Part shown: in pieces, positions 9,509 to 18,065 of the stretch
Layout: the number at the start of each line of letters is the position of its first letter
Position numbering within the stretch: the stretch's first letter is position 1
NCBI RefSeq assembly: GCF_026626625.1
Contig: NZ_JAPNJY010000032.1
Location: forward strand, 10,976-74,975
Length of the DNA stretch: 64,000 bases
Source of the DNA: Corallococcus sp. BB11-1
Lineage (GTDB): Bacteria; Myxococcota; Myxococcia; Myxococcales; Myxococcaceae
Direction of reading: 5' to 3'
Position numbers and translations under genes: made by a program
The notes under the pieces: model-generated
What the model saw: only the letters and a program-made list of their open reading frames with translations
The model's database searches: none
Told to the model about the DNA's origin: nothing

Positions 9509-10468
9509 ATGCAGCTGATGGAACATCACATTGAAGTCGACGCCGACGTCGCAGCCGCCTACCAGGTGTGTTTCGACGTCGAGCGTTGGCCGCGAATCTT
9601 CCCACCCTGTCAAGCGGCCAGGGTCCTGGAGCAGGACGGGCAATCCCAGCTCATTGAAGTCACCGCCCTGGCCAATGGCCAGTCCCTGCACTGGCGCTCC
9701 CATCGGGAGTTCTTCCCCGAGGCGCACGTCATCACCTTCCGGCAGGTCCAGCCCTCCCCGCTGCTGAAATGGATGGAGGGCGTCTGGCGCTTCTTTCCCT
9801 TGCGCCAGGGCACCCTGGTGGTGCTGGAGCACCGCTTCGACATCAAGGAGCGGATCACCGACGACCACGGCGTGCAGGGCGTCACCACACCCCTCCAGGC
9901 CCTGGAGTTCATGAAGCGCTCGGTGGACACCAACAGCCAGCGCGAACTGGCCGCCCTCAAGGAGTACCTCGAAGGCGGCGCGACCCGGAGCGCTCCTTCC
10001 GAGTGGCGGCGGCGGTTCGAGGAGCAACTTGTCATCGCCGCCCGCCCCGAGGCCGTCTTCGAGCTGTTGAAGCGGGCGGACCGGTGGCCCGGGCTGCTGC
10101 CCCACTGCCACGCGGTCGAGATGGTCTACGACGATGATCACCACCAGGAGTTCGTCATGACGGTGTCCACCCAGGCGGGCGTGGAGCGCATCCGCACCGT
10201 CCGCCAGTGCACCGCGGCGTCCCGCGTCTCCTACTTCCAGTCCGAACCCCCTCCCCTCATCCGCATCCACACCGGGGAGTGGCTCTTGGAGCCCACCTCC
10301 GGCGGCGTGCGCGTCACGTCCCGTCACGAGGTCGAGCTCAAGCCCGACAAGGTGAAACAACTCTGGGGAGACGTCTCCCCCGACGAGGCGATGGGACGCG
10401 TCGAGCAAGCCATCAACGCCAACAGTCGAGGAACCCTCCAGGCCCTCCAGCAAAGGCTCGCGGTCTGA
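9509..10468 (+). CDS. type II PKS aromatase/cyclase (TcmN/ARO-CYC didomain, SRPBCC x2)
   Basis: 319 aa; two SRPBCC halves, N-terminal MEHHIEVDADVAAAYQV resembles aromatase starts; RBS GGGGAG 6 nt upstream. The antisense ORF 9431..10507 was rejected. Confidence 0.8.
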   Translation: MQLMEHHIEVDADVAAAYQVCFDVERWPRIFPPCQAARVLEQDGQSQLIEVTALANGQSLHWRSHREFFPEAHVITFRQVQPSPLLKWMEGVWRFFPLRQGTLVVLEHRFDIKERITDDHGVQGVTTPLQALEFMKRSVDTNSQRELAALKEYLEGGATRSAPSEWRRRFEEQLVIAARPEAVFELLKRADRWPGLLPHCHAVEMVYDDDHHQEFVMTVSTQAGVERIRTVRQCTAASRVSYFQSEPPPLIRIHTGEWLLEPTSGGVRVTSRHEVELKPDKVKQLWGDVSPDEAMGRVEQAINANSRGTLQALQQRLAV

Positions 10469-10515
10469 TTGGCCTCGTCGCAAGCACAACACCTTTCCAA
10501 GGAACAAAAGCCTTC

Positions 10516-11307
10516 ATGCCACAGCAGGATGAGAACAAGGCCCCCCCCCGGAAGCGGGCGCTGGTGACAGGGGCGAGCCGAGGCATTGGCCGCGCGACGG
10601 CATTGCGGCTCGCGAAGGACGGCTTCGACGTCGCCATTACGGCGCGGACGCGCGAGCCGCTGGACGCGGTGGCTTGCGAACTTCGACAGCTTGGGGCGCG
10701 GTCGTTCGTCGCCCTGTGCGACGTGCGCTCACCGGACTCCATCCACGCGATGGTGAACGACGTGGTCTCCGCGATGGGCGGTGTCGAGGTGCTCGTCAAC
10801 AACGCGGGCCGCCCGGGTGGTGGAGTCACCCGGGAGGTGGAGGACGAACAGTGGCGGGAGGTCATCGAGACCAACCTCCACAGCGTCTTCTACGCCACCA
10901 AGGCGATGCTCAAGATCAGCCCCATGCTCCAGAGCATCATCAACATCGCCTCCACGGGCGGAAAACAGGGGGTGCTGCACGGGGCGCCCTACAGTGCCTC
11001 GAAGCACGGCGTGGTGGGCTTCACGAAGTCGCTCGGCCTGGAGCTGGCGGGCCAGGGCATCACGGTCAACGCGGTGTGTCCGGGATTCGTGGAGACGGGC
11101 ATGGCCGAGAAGGTCCGTGGCAACTACGCGCGCATCTGGGGCGTGCCCGTGGAGGACGCCAAGAAGCGCATCGAACAGCGCGTGCCCATCGGCCGCTACA
11201 TCTCGCCCGACGAGGTGGCCGACATGGTGGCCTACCTCGCCTCGGAGCGCGCCCGGGGAATTACCGCGCAGGCCCTCAACGTCTGCGGCGGTCTGGGGAA
11301 CTACTGA
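10516..11307 (+). CDS. polyketide C-9 ketoreductase (ActIII-type SDR)
   Basis: ALVTGASRGIGRATA; YSASKHG catalytic motif; C-terminal GGLGNY identical to the ActIII-family terminus. Confidence 0.9.
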   Translation: MPQQDENKAPPRKRALVTGASRGIGRATALRLAKDGFDVAITARTREPLDAVACELRQLGARSFVALCDVRSPDSIHAMVNDVVSAMGGVEVLVNNAGRPGGGVTREVEDEQWREVIETNLHSVFYATKAMLKISPMLQSIINIASTGGKQGVLHGAPYSASKHGVVGFTKSLGLELAGQGITVNAVCPGFVETGMAEKVRGNYARIWGVPVEDAKKRIEQRVPIGRYISPDEVADMVAYLASERARGITAQALNVCGGLGNY

Positions 11308-12602
11308 TGAAGACCCACAAGTCCAGGGAGCGGCGTGTCGTCGTGACGGGAATGGGGATCGTCGCGCCCAACGGCGTGGGCCTGAAGGACTTCTGGCGAA
11401 ACACGCTGGAAGGTCGCTCCGGCATCTTCGAGGTGGATCGCTTCCGGCTCGATGGCCTGAAGGCACGGATCGCCGGGCTGGTGAAGGACTTCCGCCCCCG
11501 GGAGCTGGGGCTGCGTGAGGAGCAGGTGCGACGCCTGGACCGCTACGCCCAGTTCGCGCTGGCGGCGGCGCGCATGGCCACGGAGGACGCGAGGTTCAAC
11601 CTTCCCGGGATGGCACCCGAGCGGCTGGGCGTGTGCGTGGCCAATGCCATCTGCGGCACCCGCTTCATGGAGGAGGAGTTCCTGGCCCTGACCGAACGGG
11701 GCACCGTGCCCCTGGAAGGGGCGTGGGTCCAGCGATGGCTCTACCAGGGCGCGACCTTCAACACCGCCTCGGCGGAGCTGGCGCGGGAGTACAGGGCCTT
11801 GGGTCCCTGCTTCACCGTGAGCACCGGCTGCACCGCCGGGCTGGATGCCATCGGGTTCGCCCTGGACCGGATCCGCTCGAACGAGGCGGACGTGATGATC
11901 TGCGGCGCCTCCGAGGCCCCCATCACCCCCATCGCCATGGGCGCCTTCGACGTTGTCGGCGCGCTCTCCAGCAAACGCAACCACGCGCCGCACCAGGCCT
12001 CGCGCCCATTCGACGCCGACCGTGACGGCTTCGTGCTCGGAGAGGGGGCCGGCATCCTCGTCCTGGAGGAGCTCCAGCACGCGCGGCGGCGCGGCGTCCC
12101 CATCTACGCCGAGGTGCGGGGGTTTGGCTCCTGCAACAACGCCTTCCACATGACCGACCTTCCACCGGACGGCCATGACCTGGCGCGGGCCCTGAAGGCC
12201 GCGCTCCACGACGCGAGCGTCCGCCCCGAGGAGGTCCACTACGTCTCCGCGCACGGAAGCTCTACCCGCCAGAATGACGTCAACGAGACGACGGCCCTCA
12301 AGGAGATCCTGGGCGCGCACGCCTACTCGGTGCCGGTCAGCTCCCTGAAGTCCATGGTCGGCCACCCCCTGGCCGCGGCCAACGCGCTCGAAAGCATCTC
12401 CGCCCTGCTCGCGCTGCATACCGGAACGCTGCCTCCGACGATCAACTACGAGACGCCCGACCCGGCCTGCGACCTGAACTACGTGCCCAACACGAGCGTC
12501 GCACGGAAGATCGACGTCGTCCTCAAGGAGGCCAGCGGCTTCTCCGGCATTCACAGCGCCCTGATCTTCTCCCATCCCGAGTTCGTAGGAGTTCTGCGAT
12601 GA
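11307..12602 (+). CDS. type II PKS ketosynthase alpha (KS-alpha)
   Basis: Thiolase fold; active-site Cys in TVSTGCTAGLDA; His motifs SAHGSST and KSMVGHP; TGATG junction with KR and ATGA overlap with KS-beta. Confidence 0.9.
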   Translation: MKTHKSRERRVVVTGMGIVAPNGVGLKDFWRNTLEGRSGIFEVDRFRLDGLKARIAGLVKDFRPRELGLREEQVRRLDRYAQFALAAARMATEDARFNLPGMAPERLGVCVANAICGTRFMEEEFLALTERGTVPLEGAWVQRWLYQGATFNTASAELAREYRALGPCFTVSTGCTAGLDAIGFALDRIRSNEADVMICGASEAPITPIAMGAFDVVGALSSKRNHAPHQASRPFDADRDGFVLGEGAGILVLEELQHARRRGVPIYAEVRGFGSCNNAFHMTDLPPDGHDLARALKAALHDASVRPEEVHYVSAHGSSTRQNDVNETTALKEILGAHAYSVPVSSLKSMVGHPLAAANALESISALLALHTGTLPPTINYETPDPACDLNYVPNTSVARKIDVVLKEASGFSGIHSALIFSHPEFVGVLR

Positions 12603-13849
12603 GCCGCCGCGTCGTCATGACGGGCCTGGGGATGATCACCCCGGGCGGGTTGGGTAAACGTGACACATGGGCCAGCACCCTGGCCGCGAAGCCGTGCATC
12701 CGGCCCCTCACCGGCCATCCGTTGACGGAGCGCTCGGGTTGGCAGGGAGGCACGCTGGAGGGCTTCACCCCTGCGGACTTCATGCCCAAGCGGCTTGCCC
12801 GCAAGCTCGACCCATACACCCAATACGCCGTGGCAGCGTCGCGGCTCGCCCTGGAGGATGGCGCCATCGACCTGGAGAAGGTCGACCGGGAGCGCTTTGG
12901 CGTCTTCGTGGGCAACTGTCTGGGAGGCTGGGATTACACCGACCGGGAGCTGCGCAAGCTGCACACCCAGGGCTACAAGGCGCTCAGCCCGTTCCAGGCG
13001 ACGGCCTGGTTTCCCGCCGCGCCCCAGGGACAGATCTCCATCCTCTTCGGGCTCCGGGGCCACAGCAAGACGCTGGTCTGCGACCGCGCCAGCGGGCTGG
13101 TGAGCCTGGGGTATGCGGCGCGCACCATTGCCCAGGGAACAGCGGACCTCATCCTCGCGGGTGGCGCGGAGGCCCCGCTCACGCCCTTCGCCTACCTGGC
13201 CTGCACGACTGAGGGCGTGGTCGCAGAAGGGCATGCCTCGGGCGCGGAGCCCCGGGCCTACCGTCCGTTTGACAGCTCACGAACGGGGCTGCTGCCAGGG
13301 GAAGGCGCTGTCTTCGTCGTGCTCGAGGAGCGCGAACACGCCTTGCGGCGGGGCGCCCATGTCTACGCGGAGGTGGACGGCTTCGCGCTGTCGAGCGACG
13401 CCTGCCATCCCGCCACACTCCCCCCGGAAGAGGGGGGACTGTCACGCGCCATGAACGGAGCGATGAGCGATGCCGGGCTCACCCCCCGTGACATCCACCT
13501 GTTGCTGGCGGATGGGCTCGCCACACCGGAGGGAGATCGGCAGGAGGCCATTGCCATCCAGAAGGTGTTTGGTGACCACGGCCCGCGCCTGCCGGTGACG
13601 GCGCCCAAGTCCATGACCGGGCACCTGTACGGTGCGGCCGGGGCACTGGATGCGGCCTGGGGCGCCCTCGCCATCGAGCACCGCCAGCTTCCTCCGACGG
13701 TGGGGATCCAGCACCTGGATCCAGCGCTGGGGCTGGCCGTGGTGACCCGAACCGAACCAGCCCGTCAGCTGGAGACCGTCCTGATCAACTCACGGGGGGC
13801 CGGCGGCATGAATGCGTCGCTGGTGCTCCGGCGAGACCCGGGCTGCTAG
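12599..13849 (+). CDS. type II PKS ketosynthase beta / chain-length factor (KS-beta)
   Basis: KS fold paralog of the preceding gene, without the catalytic Cys or the canonical Gln at the aligned position (KTLVCDRASGL). Translationally coupled to KS-alpha. Confidence 0.85.
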   Translation: MSRRVVMTGLGMITPGGLGKRDTWASTLAAKPCIRPLTGHPLTERSGWQGGTLEGFTPADFMPKRLARKLDPYTQYAVAASRLALEDGAIDLEKVDRERFGVFVGNCLGGWDYTDRELRKLHTQGYKALSPFQATAWFPAAPQGQISILFGLRGHSKTLVCDRASGLVSLGYAARTIAQGTADLILAGGAEAPLTPFAYLACTTEGVVAEGHASGAEPRAYRPFDSSRTGLLPGEGAVFVVLEEREHALRRGAHVYAEVDGFALSSDACHPATLPPEEGGLSRAMNGAMSDAGLTPRDIHLLLADGLATPEGDRQEAIAIQKVFGDHGPRLPVTAPKSMTGHLYGAAGALDAAWGALAIEHRQLPPTVGIQHLDPALGLAVVTRTEPARQLETVLINSRGAGGMNASLVLRRDPGC

Positions 13850-13886
13850 CCCGCCCCCCATCCCACGACCCATCGAGTCCATCACC

Positions 13887-14123
13887 ATGCATCCAGAGAA
13901 CGAATTGAAGCTCAAGACGATCCTCTCCGACCTGTTGGAGCGAAAGGCCGACGAACTCAAGGCCACGAGCCTCCTCAAGGAGGACCTCGGCGTGGACTCG
14001 ACCGAGATGGTCGAGCTCTGCGGGGCGCTGGAGAAGGCGTTTGGCATCCAGATCGATGACGCGGTCGAGAAGCGGCTGAAGACCGTGGGCGATCTCTACT
14101 CGCTCCTGTCGGCGAAGGCCTGA
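13887..14123 (+). CDS. acyl carrier protein (type II PKS ACP)
   Basis: 78 aa, acidic; phosphopantetheine-attachment Ser in LGVDSTEMVEL. Confidence 0.75.
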   Translation: MHPENELKLKTILSDLLERKADELKATSLLKEDLGVDSTEMVELCGALEKAFGIQIDDAVEKRLKTVGDLYSLLSAKA

Positions 14124-14135
14124 CAGGAGCGCTCC

Positions 14136-14528
14136 ATGGTCATTGGCATCGGGGTCGATCTCTGTGAGATCGACCGCCTGTCCAGGGCACTGCAGCGGGA
14201 TGAGGGCCGCTTCGAGGCGCGCGTCTTCACCCCGGCGGAGCGCGCCTATTGCCGCAAGCATGCCCAGCCCGGTCAACACTTCGCGGCACGCTTCGCGGCG
14301 AAGGAGGCGGTCATCAAGGCGCTGGGGGCCCCCGAAGGGCTGCGCTGGCATGAGATGGAGGTGCTCAACAGCACCGAAGGCAAACCCGAGCTCAAGCTGT
14401 CCGGGGCCACCCATCTGCTCGCGGCACGTCTTGGCATCCGGTGTTTCCACGTCAGCCTGAGCCACACTGCGGGATTCGCTATCGCGATGGTGGTCGCCGA
14501 GGATGTGCTGCCGACTGCGGGGGCATGA
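14136..14528 (+). CDS. acpS: holo-ACP synthase (AcpS-type 4'-phosphopantetheinyl transferase)
   Basis: MVIGIGVDLCEIDR..FAAKEAVIKALG AcpS signature; RBS CAGGAG 6 nt upstream; 12 bp after the ACP gene. Confidence 0.8.
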   Translation: MVIGIGVDLCEIDRLSRALQRDEGRFEARVFTPAERAYCRKHAQPGQHFAARFAAKEAVIKALGAPEGLRWHEMEVLNSTEGKPELKLSGATHLLAARLGIRCFHVSLSHTAGFAIAMVVAEDVLPTAGA

Positions 14529-14592
14529 CGCCTGCTGTCCCTCCTGAACGCAGAACACCGGCAGTGCTTTGCTGGCGCGCCCAGCCTCCGCC

Positions 14593-15480
14593 CTACGCGA
14601 TGATCGTGGCGTCCATCACGGTGAGGGCCACGCCGCCGACACGGGCCCGCACGATGTGGCCCGGCCTGCCGGTGACTTCGATGTCGATGCGGCCCGGCTT
14701 GCCCAGGGTGTCTCCCTGTTCGATGCGACCACTCACCGTGCCGCCCTGCTCCGGCAGGCGCAGGACGCCGTGCTCGGCGAGCCAGGCCGCGAGCGGGCCC
14801 GCCGCGGAGCCCGTCACCGGATCCTCCAGGATGCCGAAGCCCGGGACGAAGTAGCGCGCCTGCGCCACGCTGCCCTGCTCCTTCGCGTCCAGCGTGAAGA
14901 GGTACACGCCCCGCACGCCGTGCGGCATCAGCAGGGCATTCATCACCGCGCCTCGCGGGACCAGCGACTCCAGGTCCTCCCGCCGCTTCAAGGGAACCAC
15001 CAGGCGATGCCCCTGGCGGATCACCGGCAACGCCGGATCCACCTGCTCCACCCTGCCCCCCAGCGTGGGCATCAGCGCCTCCAGCGTCACGGGGCTTTGC
15101 TGCGTCTCCGGTTGGGGCGTGGCGATCCAGACCTGCGTCCCCTGCGCGCCCCGCGACTCCAGTTCGACGTCGAACGTGCCTGCGGGGCACTCCAGGCGGT
15201 AGGTGCCCGGGCTTCGCAGGAGTCCCTTCTCCGCGAGCAGGTGGAAGGTGGCGACGGTGGCGTGGCCACAGAAGGGAATCTCATCCACGGGCGTGAAGTA
15301 GCGCAGGCGCACCGCCGGGGCCTCCGGCCGGGACAGGACGAAGGCCGTCTCGGAGGCGCCCACCACCGCGGCAACCCGCTGCATCGTGGGCGCATCGAGC
15401 GAGGACGCGTCGAGCATCACGCCCGCCCGGTTGCCCGCGCCGGGGCTCCGGGTGAACGCGTCGATGATCCGAACCTGCAT
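14593..15480 (-). CDS. PhzF-family (phenazine biosynthesis-like, DAP-epimerase fold) isomerase
   Basis: 295 aa; PhzF/YHI9 hallmarks (IDAFT..GNRAGV, ASETAFVL, FFTP..EIPFCGHATVA, PVTGSAAGPLAAW). Confidence 0.8.
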   Translation of the reverse strand: MQVRIIDAFTRSPGAGNRAGVMLDASSLDAPTMQRVAAVVGASETAFVLSRPEAPAVRLRYFTPVDEIPFCGHATVATFHLLAEKGLLRSPGTYRLECPAGTFDVELESRGAQGTQVWIATPQPETQQSPVTLEALMPTLGGRVEQVDPALPVIRQGHRLVVPLKRREDLESLVPRGAVMNALLMPHGVRGVYLFTLDAKEQGSVAQARYFVPGFGILEDPVTGSAAGPLAAWLAEHGVLRLPEQGGTVSGRIEQGDTLGKPGRIDIEVTGRPGHIVRARVGGVALTVMDATIIA

Positions 15481-15584
15481 GGAGGACTCCGGACGAAGGG
15501 GTGGCTGAAGGGCACAGCCATGCTCCGCCCTTCAGCCACCGTCAAGCACCGGAGTCTGCCTTTGAACAGCGAGCGAGTGGTCCG

Positions 15585-16283
15585 TCAGTGGATGGGCTTC
15601 TTCGGGGTGCCCGTGGCGGCCTTCTCACTGGCGCCGCCCTTCACCTCGATGCGGCGGCCCTGGGACTTCGTTTGCGGCAGCTTCATGGAGACCTCCAGGA
15701 CGCCGTTCTCGAACCGGGCCTGGGCGTTGTCCGTGTCGATGCCCTCCGGGAGCGGAATGGCTCGCTGGAAAGAGCCGGAGCCGCGCTCCAGCCGCCAGAT
15801 GCCGCCGCGCTCCTCCTCGTGCTCGAAGTTCCGCTCGCCTTCGAGGATGAGCAGGTCCTCCAGCACCTCGACGCGGATGTCCTCCTGTTTCATTCCCGGC
15901 AGGTCGGCCCGCACCACGAGGTTGCCGTCCTGCTCCAGCACGTCCACCTGCGGCGACCAGGGCACGGCCTCAACGTCTCCGCCGCTCCGGAGCAGGCCCC
16001 CCATGGAGGGGAAGCCGCGTCCCGGACCGAAGTCCATGAAGAGCTGATCCATGTCCTCCATCATGCGGCGCATCAGACCGAACGGGCTCTGGATGGCCCC
16101 GCCTCGCTGGAAGGCTGGAACCTGGCTTTCACGGCGCGAGATGCCCGAGCCCCTGGAGGTCTCCTGGCGTGTGGCCACGTCCTTCTGGGTCTCCGCCTGC
16201 CTGGACGACTCCGGCTCCTTGTTCACCCCCGGTGCGGTGGATGAGGCTCCCAGTCCCCCTGCGTTCACTTTCTCCGTTGCCAT
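15585..16283 (-). CDS. Hsp20/alpha-crystallin family small heat-shock protein with N-terminal extension
   Basis: ACD region WSPQVDVLEQDGNLVVRADLPGMKQEDIRVEV..GVLEVSM; RBS GGGGAGGA; start placed at the ATG at 16283. Confidence 0.8.
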   Translation of the reverse strand: MATEKVNAGGLGASSTAPGVNKEPESSRQAETQKDVATRQETSRGSGISRRESQVPAFQRGGAIQSPFGLMRRMMEDMDQLFMDFGPGRGFPSMGGLLRSGGDVEAVPWSPQVDVLEQDGNLVVRADLPGMKQEDIRVEVLEDLLILEGERNFEHEEERGGIWRLERGSGSFQRAIPLPEGIDTDNAQARFENGVLEVSMKLPQTKSQGRRIEVKGGASEKAATGTPKKPIH

Positions 16284-16543
16284 GACGTCCTCCCCGGGAG
16301 CCGTCCGGCCGGCGCACGGCCCGTCGGGCAGCCCCCTCAAGTCGAAGCGGGACGAAGCCCGTCCCACGCTGAAAGCTGGCGGTGGGCACCGGCCCCATCA
16401 AGTGACTGTCGCGGGCACACCGGCCCGGCGTGGGCACGGACGTGCTGTCGCAGGGACCTTCACCGTCGGGCACTGAAGGTCCCTCGCACGCTCATGCACA
16501 ACGGGGTTGAACAGGAGCGCCCGAGCAGGCACAGCAGGAGGGC

Positions 16544-17320
16544 ATGGGTTCTTCGAAACGCTACGGGTGGGTGGTGCTGGCGGTGTTGCTCCAGGCGGGC
16601 AGCGCGTCAGCGCAGATCGTCAATGTGCAGGCGCTCTTCGACGAGAAGGCGGAGCCGGGGCCCGCCGCCGCGATCGAGCTGGGGGGTGACTGGCGCACGG
16701 GCAGTACGGAGCTCTTCTCCGTGCGCGGGTCGCTGGTGGGGCAGCTGCGCTCCGAGCGCAACCTGTGGCTGGGGGTCATCCGGGGTGAGTACTCGTTCGC
16801 CAGCGGCGAGCGCATCGTGAGCCAGGTGCTGGAGCACGTCCGCTACCGTCGGCGCTTCACCGACCGCGTGTCCGGCGAGGTGTTCCTCCAGCACGAGTAC
16901 AACGAGTTCCGTCGGCTCCAGCTGCGAGCCCTCCTGGGCGCCGGCCCACGCTTCGTGCTGTTCAACGAGGAGGCCACGGGGCTCACGTTCGGCGTCGCGC
17001 TGATGGTGGAGCACGAGCGGCTGCGCAAGGACGGCGAGGCGGACGCGGGAGACCGCTACACGGATCCGCGCATGTCCAGCTACCTGCTGGGCCGGGTGAA
17101 GCTGATGGAGAACATCCAGCTCGTGGAGACGGTGTACTTCCAGCCGCGCGTCACCCGCCCGTCCGACCTGCGCGTGCTCAACGAGACCCTGTTCGCGGTG
17201 ACGCCCAACCCCCGCGTCACCGTGGGCATCGGCTTCAACATCACCTACGACAGCGCGCCGCCCGCGACAGTGCCGGCCCTGGACACGCAGCTGCGCACCA
17301 CCGTGGGCGTGAAGCTCTAG
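16544..17320 (+). CDS. DUF481-like outer-membrane beta-barrel protein (secreted)
   Basis: Signal peptide MGSSKRYGWVVLAVLLQAGSASA; alternating hydrophobic beta-strand pattern; C-terminal aromatic-X-hydrophobic ending. Confidence 0.5.
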   Translation: MGSSKRYGWVVLAVLLQAGSASAQIVNVQALFDEKAEPGPAAAIELGGDWRTGSTELFSVRGSLVGQLRSERNLWLGVIRGEYSFASGERIVSQVLEHVRYRRRFTDRVSGEVFLQHEYNEFRRLQLRALLGAGPRFVLFNEEATGLTFGVALMVEHERLRKDGEADAGDRYTDPRMSSYLLGRVKLMENIQLVETVYFQPRVTRPSDLRVLNETLFAVTPNPRVTVGIGFNITYDSAPPATVPALDTQLRTTVGVKL

Positions 17321-18003
17321 GGCGTGATGCCGAAGTGACGGCGCAGGCCGCGCTGGCCCGAGGGCGTGACCCGGAGCCCGCGCGAGTCGGGTTGACGTTC
17401 GACCCAGCCCAGCGAGAACACGCGTGAGGCGAGCGCGGCCCCCAGCGCTCCGGCGAGGTGGTCGCGCCGCTCGCTCCAGTCGAGGCAGCGGTGCGCGAAC
17501 TGGCGACGCTGGTCCCGCAAGGGGGCCAGCTCGATGCCGAAGGCCTCGAACCAACCCTCACCGCTCGGCGTCAGCGCGAAGGCACGGCGCCGGAGGGCGA
17601 GGTGCCCGTCGCGCACGAGCGCATCGGTGATGCCCATGCCGAGCCTTCCCGCCAGGTGGTCGTAGCAGTAGCGGGCGGCCCGGAGGGGCTCGGGTGTGGC
17701 CGAGGCGCGGGGTCCCCGCACCGCCACCGTCATCAGCGCCTCCACCATGCGCACGACGGTGGGCGTGGCGAGCCGGAACACCTTGTTGCGTCCCTGGCGG
17801 GTGGAGCGGATCAACCGGGCCTGCTCCAGGCGCTTGAGGTGCACCGTGGCCGTCGCGGGGCTGACGCCCGTGCCGAAGGCCAGCTCCTTGGCGACGAGCG
17901 ACCGGCCCTCCATGAGCAACTCCAGCATGCGGATCCGCGTGGCATCCCCCACGGCGCCCGCCAGCGTGGCGAGGTCCGGCCCTGCATCCACCGTTCGTTC
18001 CAT
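17317..18003 (-). CDS. ArsR/SmtB-like HTH transcriptional regulator with C-terminal extension
   Basis: wHTH region RIRMLELLMEGRSLVAKELAFGTGVSPATATVHLKRLEQARLI; divergent from the P450 gene (62 bp spacer). Confidence 0.6.
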   Translation of the reverse strand: MERTVDAGPDLATLAGAVGDATRIRMLELLMEGRSLVAKELAFGTGVSPATATVHLKRLEQARLIRSTRQGRNKVFRLATPTVVRMVEALMTVAVRGPRASATPEPLRAARYCYDHLAGRLGMGITDALVRDGHLALRRRAFALTPSGEGWFEAFGIELAPLRDQRRQFAHRCLDWSERRDHLAGALGAALASRVFSLGWVERQPDSRGLRVTPSGQRGLRRHFGITP

Positions 18004-18065
18004 GACGAACCATTTCCTAGCACAGGCGGGGGCCTGGAGGAGGAGAGTGCCCGGAGCGAGGAACG

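Noticed and set aside
9431-10507. 358-aa minus-strand ORF antisense to the aromatase/cyclase gene
   Set aside because: The plus-strand frame carries a recognisable SRPBCC didomain with an RBS. The antisense frame is low-complexity with no motifs.
11301-12575. 424-aa minus-strand ORF antisense to KS-alpha; also 10729..11466 (-) and 10781..11518 (+) shadow ORFs
   Set aside because: The KS-alpha frame contains the Cys/His/His catalytic triad motifs. Antisense ORFs are expected in 70% GC DNA.
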